A stretch of DNA of 52,713 nt from Rhodospirillales bacterium. Its GTDB lineage: Bacteria; Pseudomonadota; Alphaproteobacteria; Rhodospirillales; CAMCUA01. Under the pieces are notes generated by a model. It was not told the origin of the DNA. It was given only the letters and a program-made list of their open reading frames with translations, and searched no databases. Positions 19,223 through 26,381 of the stretch are shown here, in pieces. The stretch covers positions 1-52,713 of the forward strand of contig CANITX010000002.1 of the NCBI GenBank assembly GCA_947470575.1. Reading direction: 5' to 3'. Made by a program: the position numbers and the translations under genes. The stretch's first letter is position 1. Each line of letters starts with the position of its first letter.

Positions 19223-20332
19223 TCAGCTTAACACCGCCACCGTGTGTCGTTTGATCAAATCGTCATCGTAGGTGACACCGAGACCGGGTCCCTCGGGGCA
19301 GTGCATGTGGCCATCGGGCCCGACCTTCAGATCGCCGACGATGCCGAACTGGTGCGCTTCGTTGGGCAGCAGCACCTCGAACATCTCGCTGTTGGGCAGC
19401 GCCATGGTCAGCTGCAGGTTGGCGATGTTGTTGACCGAATTGCCGCCGTGATGAATCTCGTAATTCATGTGGAAGGCGTGGGCGAGGTGGGCGGTCATCA
19501 GGCAGGGCGTGATGCCGCCCTTGACCGCGACATCGCCGCGCAGGGCGTCGGTGGCGTGCGAGGTGATCCACGGCGCGTAGAAGTGGAAGTTGCCGGGCGC
19601 GTATTCGGTGGCCATCACCATGATTTTCAGCTTCTGGCAGAGCTTGACGTAGGTCCAGATGTCGGTGTGCGGCAGCGGGTCTTCGAACCAGTGGAAATTC
19701 ATTTCCGCGATGGCGTCGCCGACCTTCATCGCCTGCGAATAGTCGAGGTGGCCGGCGGCATCGAGCATGAGTAGGAAGTCGGGCCCCACCGCGTCGCGGA
19801 TTTTCTGGTGCATGAGGATGTGCTCGTCGGCGCTGATGCCCAGGGGTGGATGGGTCTTGTAGCCGACGTAGCCGGCCGCCTTCACGGCCAGCGCCTGTTC
19901 GACGTAGGCCTCGGGCGAGGCCAGGGTGGCCGAACTGGCATAGGCCGGGACGCTCGGCTGGCAGGTGCCGATCAGCTTGTGCACGGGCAGGCCGGCAGCC
20001 TTGCCGGCCAGGTCCCATAGCGCCACGTCGATGGCGCCGATGGCACGATACGACGTCGAATTGATGCGGTTGAGCAGCGCTTTCCAGATGATGCCGCGGT
20101 CAAAGGGGTCGCGCCCCAGGATCACCGGCTTCAGCACGTTGATCATCGACCACGCCTCGATCTCGGCGCTGCGGTAGGACGCGCCCAGGTAGCTTTGGCC
20201 GACAACGCCCTCGTCGGTACGAATGGTCACCAGGCCGATCTGGCTGCTGCCGAGAACGGGGTTGTGCGCGCCGTACTGCACGCGGGCGCCGGTCCACTCG
20301 ATCATGGTCATCGTCAAGTCGGTGATCTTCAT
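19223..20332 (-). CDS. Enolase-superfamily enzyme (mandelate racemase/muconate lactonizing family), paralog 1; substrate unknown
   Basis: 369-aa ORF. Putative metal ligands sit at MR-like spacing: MLDAAG (D191), WFEDP (E217), ATEY (E243). RGD (D267) and EIHHGG (H294/295) follow. The N-terminal capping domain includes AIDVALWDLAGKAAGLPV. Confidence 0.85.
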   Translation of the reverse strand: MKITDLTMTMIEWTGARVQYGAHNPVLGSSQIGLVTIRTDEGVVGQSYLGASYRSAEIEAWSMINVLKPVILGRDPFDRGIIWKALLNRINSTSYRAIGAIDVALWDLAGKAAGLPVHKLIGTCQPSVPAYASSATLASPEAYVEQALAVKAAGYVGYKTHPPLGISADEHILMHQKIRDAVGPDFLLMLDAAGHLDYSQAMKVGDAIAEMNFHWFEDPLPHTDIWTYVKLCQKLKIMVMATEYAPGNFHFYAPWITSHATDALRGDVAVKGGITPCLMTAHLAHAFHMNYEIHHGGNSVNNIANLQLTMALPNSEMFEVLLPNEAHQFGIVGDLKVGPDGHMHCPEGPGLGVTYDDDLIKRHTVAVLS

Positions 20333-20390
20333 GGGGGCTCTCCATTTGGGCAGGCACAGGCGTGGCCCGCTGCCGGCCGGCCTAAAATGA

Positions 20391-20420
20391 CTCCGCCGCC
20401 CCTGGGAGGGGGCGACGGAG
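20391..20420 (-). terminator. Hairpin (attenuator/terminator) between SBP paralog 2 and enolase paralog 1
   Basis: On the minus strand: CTCCGTCGCCCC-CTCCCA-GGGGCGGCGGAG, a 12-bp stem with one G:U pair. The following tract (TCATTTTA) is weakly U-rich. Confidence 0.45.
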
Positions 20421-20476
20421 CGTGGTTCTGGTTTCTTGCGCGATACCCGAGCCGGATCGCCCGGCCCGGGCGTCCG

Positions 20477-22030
20477 TCACCTGAACGTGACGGACGCGAT
20501 TTCGAGCGAATTGTTGGTGAGTGGCGTCGGCGTGTAATCGATGCGCGAGCCGACCCGGACGAACCCGACCAGATTGAATTGCGCTATGTCGACGATCTTT
20601 TCCTCATGGGCGATGCGGAACGCCTCTTGGAACTTCTTGGCGCGTTCGGGTCCGGTCGGCAGCTGGGTGGCCTCGGCGATCAGCTTGTCGAGGGCCGGGT
20701 CGCAGACTACTGAGAAGCGGCCGGTGCAGCCCCACTTGCTGTCGGCGGTGAAGACGGCGTCGCCGGTCTGGTTATTGTGCCGGGTTTGGATGATGCTGGG
20801 CCCGCGGTCGTCGGCGAAGGGCTTGCCATGGATCTTGCTCCAGTTGGCTGATTCCAGCATGACGATCTTCATCTTGAAGCCAAGCTGCGTCCACATGGCG
20901 AGCAGGGATTCCATGCTCTCCTGCGAATTTGGATAGAGATTGCCGCGACCGTAGAGTGTGATCTCCTTGTCGACGGGGGCGCCTGCGGCCTTGGCCTCGG
21001 CGAACAGCTGCTTGGCCTTGGCCAAGTCGTAGGGCCAGGGCTTCAGGTTGGGGTTGTGCCCGGCGATGCCCGGCATCACCAAGTTGGCGGTAGGCAGCGA
21101 TTCCTTGGGGAAGACCGTGCCACGCAGCGACTCGCGATCCACGGCGAGGTTCAAGGCGAGGCGCAGCCGCTTGTCGTCGAGCGGCGGGATCATTGCATCC
21201 ATGCGCAGGAAGGCGGTTTCGGCGTTGGGATAGCTGATGTCGCGGAATCCCGTGCCGTTCTTGTCGACATCCTGGGCAGCGATGTTGTCGGTAAGGTCTG
21301 CTTCGCCGATCTTGATCATGGCGGCGCGCACCGAGGATTCGTTGCGCCAAACGAAGCGGACGGACTCGGCCTGCGGCTTGGGGCCCCAGTACTTGTCGTT
21401 GCGCTTCATCAGTATTTCTTGGCCGGGTGTGTATTTCTCGAACGCGTAGGCGCCGGTCCCGACGGCCGTCTGGGCAAGCTTGTCCATGGGTGTGTTGGGC
21501 GAAACCAACATAACCCAGGTCATGAAGGTCGGCAGGATCGGTTCTGGAATTTCCGTGACGATGTCGATCGTGGAGGCATCGACCGCCTTGGCCGTGGCGT
21601 TCACCTTGCCGAAATATTCGAGGCGGGAATGGCAATCCAGCTTGGTGGCGACAATGCGGTTGACCGCCTTGGCCGCGTTCTCGGCGTTGAGCGGTTCGCC
21701 ATCGTGGAAGGTGACGCCCGGACGCAGCTTAAACCGCCAGGTGGTGGGGTTCGTCTGCTCCCACGACAGCGCCAAGCGGGGGATGAGGGTGCCGGTCTTG
21801 TAATCGATCTGGGTCAAGCCCTCGACGGCATTGTTGAAAATCACGCGGCCGTTGTTCGATTTGGTATTGCCGCAGCCGTCCAGATTGTCGGGCTCCTCGC
21901 TGAGCACCACGGTTACCGACTTGCTCTTGTCTTGAGCCTGGGCGGTACCTGCCATCAGCATCGGGGCAGCCAACAGGGCCGCTGTAACTATCGAAAGGCT
22001 TCCTCGCATTAGATCGAAAGTGCGTAGCAT
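20477..22030 (-). CDS. ABC-type solute-binding protein, family 5, paralog 2
   Basis: Track ORF 20477..22144 trimmed to ATG 22030; AGGAGG lies 6 nt upstream. Signal peptide MLRTFDLMRGSLSIVTAALLAAPMLMAGTAQAQ. It shares ..RLALSWEQTNPTTWRFKLRPGVTFHDG.., KRNDKYWGPKP and WRNESSVRAAMIKIGEAD with the other paralogs. Confidence 0.88.
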   Translation of the reverse strand: MLRTFDLMRGSLSIVTAALLAAPMLMAGTAQAQDKSKSVTVVLSEEPDNLDGCGNTKSNNGRVIFNNAVEGLTQIDYKTGTLIPRLALSWEQTNPTTWRFKLRPGVTFHDGEPLNAENAAKAVNRIVATKLDCHSRLEYFGKVNATAKAVDASTIDIVTEIPEPILPTFMTWVMLVSPNTPMDKLAQTAVGTGAYAFEKYTPGQEILMKRNDKYWGPKPQAESVRFVWRNESSVRAAMIKIGEADLTDNIAAQDVDKNGTGFRDISYPNAETAFLRMDAMIPPLDDKRLRLALNLAVDRESLRGTVFPKESLPTANLVMPGIAGHNPNLKPWPYDLAKAKQLFAEAKAAGAPVDKEITLYGRGNLYPNSQESMESLLAMWTQLGFKMKIVMLESANWSKIHGKPFADDRGPSIIQTRHNNQTGDAVFTADSKWGCTGRFSVVCDPALDKLIAEATQLPTGPERAKKFQEAFRIAHEEKIVDIAQFNLVGFVRVGSRIDYTPTPLTNNSLEIASVTFR

Positions 22031-22174
22031 CTCGTTCCTCCTGCTCCCGTGATCGCCTCGCCGCAGATGCGCGGCCGTTCCTGTTGCGGATGAAGTGCGG
22101 GTTTCTTGCCCATCCGCTTTTCCAGCCTGCACTGGGCAGGCCAAGCTTCTTGGCAGATACCGTCGACCTTGTTA

Positions 22175-22203
22175 TTCATACGATGACTCGATCTTTGAGT
22201 GAC
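22175..22203 (-). promoter_or_regulatory. Candidate sigma-70-type promoter for SBP paralog 2 (GTCACT-N17-TATGAA)
   Basis: Minus strand: GTCACT (22203-22198), a 17-nt spacer, then TATGAA (22180-22175). The layout matches the elements upstream of SBP3 and SBP4. It lies in the intergenic region shared with the divergent GntR gene. Confidence 0.35.
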
Positions 22204-22284
22204 CGATTGATTGAGTCAATGGGCATTCACATCTGTATTTCGGCCTGACGATCTAGGATTAGGGCCGCTTCCATAGGAATTTAC

Positions 22285-23007
22285 ATGCCGTTCGAACCGA
22301 TCCAATCGCCGCGAATCTATCAACAGGTCGCGGCCCGCATGGCCCAAATGATCGCCGGCGGGGAATTGAAGTCGGGCGAACGCTTGCCGAACGAGCTTGA
22401 GCTGGCGCGCCGCTTCGCCGTCAGCCGCGGTGCCATCCGGGAAGCGATGATCGCGCTGGAGACCGGCGGCATGATCGAAGTCCGCCATGGTAACGGCGCC
22501 TATGTGCGCGAGGATTCGGCCCATGGCACGGATATCGACTGGAGCCGTGGGGCCATCGCCGACCCCGGGCCGCTCGAACAGTTCGAGATGCGCGAACTCC
22601 TCGAGCCCGAAGCCGCGGCGCGCGCCGCGCTCAGGATCACCGATGAGCGGATCGACGGACTCGAAGCGATGTTGGGCCGTATGAAGGCGAGAGTCGGGGA
22701 TACCGGCAGCCAGCGCGACGGACGCACCTTCATGGAGCGGATCGCCGCGGCCTCGGGAAATTCCATCCTGCAGTCGATGATCGAGGAATTGTGGCGGCTG
22801 CGCGACGGGCGCATGTGGACGACGCTGCGCATGCGCATGCTGGGGCCCGATCAGCGCGCCGCCGCCATCGTCCATCGCGAGGTTATTATCGCTGCGCTGC
22901 GCAGCCGCGATCCCGCAGCTGCCCGTCGGGCAACCCAGGGTTATCTTGTCCTGACCAAGCGCATCTACTTCGGCGACTTGGCCGGAGCGGTGGACGGCGG
23001 CGGCTGA
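22285..23007 (+). CDS. GntR-family transcriptional regulator, FadR subfamily (FCD ligand domain)
   Basis: 240-aa ORF. The winged-helix part reads ..YQQVAARMAQMIAGGELKSGERLPNELELARRFAVSRGAIREAMIALETGGMIEVRHGNGAYV. The C-terminal helical part resembles an FCD domain (..FEMRELLEPEAAARAA..). Confidence 0.88.
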   Translation: MPFEPIQSPRIYQQVAARMAQMIAGGELKSGERLPNELELARRFAVSRGAIREAMIALETGGMIEVRHGNGAYVREDSAHGTDIDWSRGAIADPGPLEQFEMRELLEPEAAARAALRITDERIDGLEAMLGRMKARVGDTGSQRDGRTFMERIAAASGNSILQSMIEELWRLRDGRMWTTLRMRMLGPDQRAAAIVHREVIIAALRSRDPAAARRATQGYLVLTKRIYFGDLAGAVDGGG

Positions 23008-23015
23008 GCCTCCTC

Positions 23016-24128
23016 CTAGCGCAATACGGCGACGGTCTTGCGCTTGATGAGGTCGTGATCAAGCTCGACGCCAAGGCCCGGTCCTTCGGGGCAGCGCATC
23101 AGACCGTCGGTGCCGACCACCAGGTCGTTGACGACGCCGTACTGCTGGGCCTCGGCCGGCAGTAGAACCTCGAACATCGAACAGTTGGGTATCGCCATCG
23201 CCAGATGTAGGTTGGCGATGTTGTTGATCGAATTGCCGCCGTGATGGATTTCGTAGTTCATGCAGAAGGCATGGGCCAGGTGCGCCGTCATCAAGCAGGG
23301 CGTGATGCCGCCCTTGACCGCGACGTCGCCGCGCAAGGCATCGGTTGCATGCAGGGTGATCCACGGCGCGTAGGAACGCAGGCTGCCCGGCGCGTATTCG
23401 GTAGCCATCACCGGTATTTCGAGTTTCTGGCAAAGCTTGACGTAGGTCCACACGTCCTCGGCCGGCAGCGGATCTTCGAACCACAGGAAATCGAGCTCCT
23501 TGAGGGCTTCGCCCAACTTGAGCGCGCGGGCATAGTCGAGATGGCCGGAAGCGTCGAGCATGAGGATGAATTCGGGTCCGACCGCCTCGCGGATCTTGCG
23601 ATGCAGGTCGATGATGCGGTCGATGGAAACGCCGAGCGGCGGATGAGTCTTGTAACCGACGTAGCCGGCCGCCTTCACCGCCAGGCTTTCCTCGATATAG
23701 GCATCGAAGGAACTCATGGTGGCCGAACTGGCGTAGGCCGGCACGGTGGGGCGACAGGTGCCGATCAATTGGTGTACAGGCAGGCCAGCGGCCTTGCCGG
23801 CCAGGTCCCATAGGGCCACGTCGATGGCGCCGATCGCCCGATAGGTCGTCGAACGGATGCGCGACATCAGCAGCTCGTTGATGGCGCCGCGATCGAACGG
23901 GTTGCGCCCCATGATGGCGGGCTTGAGCAGTTTGATCAGGGACCAGGCGTCGATCTCGGCGCTGCGGAAAGAGGCGCCGAGAAAGCTCTGCCCCGTCACT
24001 CCTTCGTCGGTGGCGATGGTGAGCAGGCCGATTTGGCTGCCGTCGACGATGGGGTTGTGGGCGCCGTATTGGACCCGCGCGGCATCGTCCCAGTCGAACA
24101 TGGTCAGCGTGACATCGGTGATTTTCAT
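23016..24128 (-). CDS. Enolase-superfamily enzyme (MR/MLE family), paralog 2; substrate unknown
   Basis: 370-aa ORF, colinear with and clearly similar to 19223..20332 along its whole length. It has the same GYKTHPP, MLDASG, WFEDP, ATEY, RGD and EIHHGG positions. Confidence 0.85.
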   Translation of the reverse strand: MKITDVTLTMFDWDDAARVQYGAHNPIVDGSQIGLLTIATDEGVTGQSFLGASFRSAEIDAWSLIKLLKPAIMGRNPFDRGAINELLMSRIRSTTYRAIGAIDVALWDLAGKAAGLPVHQLIGTCRPTVPAYASSATMSSFDAYIEESLAVKAAGYVGYKTHPPLGVSIDRIIDLHRKIREAVGPEFILMLDASGHLDYARALKLGEALKELDFLWFEDPLPAEDVWTYVKLCQKLEIPVMATEYAPGSLRSYAPWITLHATDALRGDVAVKGGITPCLMTAHLAHAFCMNYEIHHGGNSINNIANLHLAMAIPNCSMFEVLLPAEAQQYGVVNDLVVGTDGLMRCPEGPGLGVELDHDLIKRKTVAVLR

Positions 24129-24163
24129 GAGGAATTCCTCGAGAAAGGACGTTTCAGGGCATC

Positions 24164-24200
24164 ATAACAAAACCGCCCCGGCAACGGTATGCCGGGGCGG
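24164..24200 (-). terminator. Rho-independent terminator directly after SBP paralog 3, upstream of enolase paralog 2
   Basis: Minus strand: CCGCCCCGGC-ATACCGTT-GCCGGGGCGG, a 10-bp GC stem, followed by TTTTGTTATG. Confidence 0.7.
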
Positions 24201-24244
24201 GGTATTTAGTTACCTACAGAGGGCTGGAGAGAACCCCCATCTTC

Positions 24245-25786
24245 TCAATTGAAGGTGATTCTTTCGACGCCGATTTCGCTGTTGAGCGAGAGGTTCGGCT
24301 TGAAGTTGATCCGTGGATTTACGCGGGTATAGCCGACCATGTGGAAGAGATACACGTCGGGGATCTTTTCTTCGTAAACGATACGATAGATATCCTCATA
24401 CGCCTTGACGCGAGCCGGACCTATAAGGGTCGCCGCCTCGGCGATCTTGGCATCGAGAGCGGGATCGCAGATGGTGCTCTGCACGCCCTTGCAGGCATAA
24501 CGGGCTTCCACGGTGAACACAGAGTCGCCGTTGTTGTTGTCGTGCTGGCCTTGCAGCAGGACGGGGCCGCGTTCGTCCTTGAAGGGCTTGTTCAGGATGT
24601 CGAGCCACTCGGCGCGGTCCAGCATCTTGAGCTTCACCTTGAAGCCGGCAGCTTTATACATCTCCATCAGCGCTTCCATGGTTTCCGTGCCGTTCGGCCA
24701 AATTCCGGTACGCCCGACCATCTCGAGTTCCTTGTTAAGGTCGGCGCCTTCGGCCTTGGCTTCGGCCACGAGCTGCTTGGCCTTGGCGAGATCGAAGGGG
24801 ATGGGCTTTTTATCCAATTCGTGATTGTGCCCAAGGATGAAAGGCAACACCACCTGGGCCGCGGGGATGACGTCTTTCGACAGGATGGAACCTCGCAGGG
24901 CGTTGCGGTCGGTGGCGTATTGCAGCGCCTGGCGCACCTTGAAGTTGTTGAGGGGTGGGATCATGGTATCGATACGCAGGAAAGAAGTTTCGGAATTCAG
25001 GAAGCTGAAGTCCGTCTTCGGATCGTTGGCATCCTGCACGGCGATGTTATCGGTCAGGTCGGCCTCGCCCACCTTGACCATGGCGGCACGCACTGCCGAT
25101 TCCTTACGCCAGACGAACTTGACCGCCGTGGCTTCGGGCTTCTTGCCCCAATAGCTTTCGTTGCGCTTGAGCGTGATTTCGATGCCGTTGGTCCACTTCT
25201 CCAACACATAGGGACCGGTGCCAATGGCCGTGCGTTGCAAGCCATTGATCGACGTGTCGGGATGGACCAACGTATAGACACCCATGCGGGTCGGCAGGAT
25301 CGGATCCTTGACGCTCGAGGTGATGTCCAGCGTCAGCGGATCGACAGCCTTGCCGGTCAGCTTCTGCGCACCGAAGAACTTGGTGCGCACGCCGCAGACC
25401 GGCGTGATGGATTCGACCAGGGTACGGGCAATGGCCCCGGAGGCGGTCGTCGCATTGAACGGCGTGCCGTCATGGAAGGTGACGTTCGGGCGCAGCTTGA
25501 AGCGCCAGGTAAAATCGTCGATCCGTTCCCACGAGGTCGCCAGACGCGGCGTGACCGCACCGGTGTCGGGATCGACCACGGTCAGGGTTTCGGCAATGGT
25601 TTGTTTGACGACGCGCCCGACGGTCGATTGGCTGGTATTGCAGCCGTCGAGATCGGTGGGTTCGTCGGTCAGGACGATGGTGAGATTCCTGTTCTGGGCC
25701 TGAGCCTGAGCCTGCGATAACGGCATCAAAGCCAATACGGCGGCAGCCGTTACAGCTCCCAGTGCAAACACGGGGTAACGCGGCAT
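24245..25786 (-). CDS. ABC-type solute-binding protein, family 5, paralog 3
   Basis: Track ORF 24245..25804 (TTG) trimmed to ATG 25786; AGGAGG lies 7 nt upstream. Signal peptide MPRYPVFALGAVTAAAVLALMPLSQAQAQA. It has the family-5 pattern and subfamily motifs (KRNESYWGKKP, WRKESAVRAAMVKVGEAD). Confidence 0.88.
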   Translation of the reverse strand: MPRYPVFALGAVTAAAVLALMPLSQAQAQAQNRNLTIVLTDEPTDLDGCNTSQSTVGRVVKQTIAETLTVVDPDTGAVTPRLATSWERIDDFTWRFKLRPNVTFHDGTPFNATTASGAIARTLVESITPVCGVRTKFFGAQKLTGKAVDPLTLDITSSVKDPILPTRMGVYTLVHPDTSINGLQRTAIGTGPYVLEKWTNGIEITLKRNESYWGKKPEATAVKFVWRKESAVRAAMVKVGEADLTDNIAVQDANDPKTDFSFLNSETSFLRIDTMIPPLNNFKVRQALQYATDRNALRGSILSKDVIPAAQVVLPFILGHNHELDKKPIPFDLAKAKQLVAEAKAEGADLNKELEMVGRTGIWPNGTETMEALMEMYKAAGFKVKLKMLDRAEWLDILNKPFKDERGPVLLQGQHDNNNGDSVFTVEARYACKGVQSTICDPALDAKIAEAATLIGPARVKAYEDIYRIVYEEKIPDVYLFHMVGYTRVNPRINFKPNLSLNSEIGVERITFN

Positions 25787-25969
25787 CTGATTTCCTCCTG
25801 GCAAGTGATCTTCTTCGTCGCGAGCGATTCACGCGGTGGACGCCGGGGACGGTGGGTCGAACGATAAGTTATTCCCTTGGTGCCGAAATCTTGCCGACAA
25901 CCCTTAGCCTTCCCCGCCGGCTGAACGTTGCCAGCCGATTTTTTTGCGTCAGACGCGTTTTCGCCGGTT
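25787..25969 (-). promoter_or_regulatory. Conserved ~180-nt 5' leader of SBP paralog 3 (homologous to 27921-28106)
   Basis: It aligns block by block with the SBP4 leader on the minus strand. Both have an A-run followed by a hairpin, GGGGA...UCCCC complementary pentamers, and a highly conserved 3' block GTCCCCGGCGTCC.CCGCGT..CGACGAAG..TGC.AGGAG. An in-frame TGA 10 codons upstream of TTG 25804 shows this region is not coding. Confidence 0.45.
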
Positions 25970-25998
25970 ACGATACATCGACCTGCGAGGTAAGTCAC
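25970..25998 (-). promoter_or_regulatory. Candidate promoter for SBP paralog 3 (GTGACT-N17-TATCGT)
   Basis: Minus strand: GTGACT (25998-25993), a 17-nt spacer, then TATCGT (25975-25970). The hexamers and spacing are identical to those upstream of SBP4. Confidence 0.4.
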
Positions 25999-26154
25999 TC
26001 TGGGAACCAACATGGGGAACAAGATACGGCGTAGGCTTACCTTCGGTGGTACAAGGTATGCGGCGATGGTCCCGGGCATTCGGGAAGCGAGCCCCGGCGC
26101 CAGGCCGCAGGCTGCCTCGCGTCGCTAATGGCAGCGTTGGTAGGGCGAACCCGG

Positions 26155-26268
26155 TCAAATCGGCTGTTCGCCCTGGCTGCCGTCGACGATGGGATTGTGG
26201 GTGCCGTATTGGACCCGTGCGGCATCGTCCCAATCGAACATGGTCAATATGACATCGGATATCTTCAT
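26155..26268 (-). pseudogene. Truncated remnant (37 codons) of a third enolase-superfamily paralog
   Basis: The minus strand reads MKISDVILTMFDWDDAARVQYGTHNPIVDGSQ GEQPI*. The first 32 residues match the paralog-2 N-terminus (MKITDVTLTMFDWDDAARVQYGAHNPIVDGSQ) at 29 of 32 positions. The DNA at ~26176-26268 visibly aligns with 24036-24128. Homology stops abruptly near 26176. Confidence 0.8.
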
Positions 26269-26302
26269 CGGGGGCTCTCCCTTGGACCTGTGGCGGTCGT
26301 CT

Positions 26303-26338
26303 CAAACAAAACCGCCCCGGCGTGATGCGCCGGGGCGG
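26303..26338 (-). terminator. Rho-independent terminator directly after SBP paralog 4
   Basis: Minus strand: CCGCCCCGGCG-CATCA-CGCCGGGGCGG, an 11-bp GC stem, followed by TTTTGTTTG. The stem is near-identical to the 24164-24200 terminator. Confidence 0.7.
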
Positions 26339-26381
26339 GGTATCCAAACTTCCATAAGGGGCCGGATGGCCCCCGGCCTGC

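Noticed and set aside
25787-25969. Leader hairpin considered as a guanidine-II (mini-ykkC) or other known riboswitch.
   Set aside because: Mini-ykkC needs two hairpins with ACGR tetraloops. The loops here are 7-8 nt (CAAUGUU and GCAACGUU), and only one copy even contains ACG. No other known riboswitch core was recognisable by eye, so it is reported only as an unclassified conserved leader.
25762-26252. + strand ORFs 25762..26034 (90 aa) and 25944..26252 (102 aa) in the SBP3 upstream region.
   Set aside because: They overlap the conserved minus-strand leader, the promoter and the enolase remnant. They have no SD or family features, and the homologous SBP4 upstream region does not preserve them.
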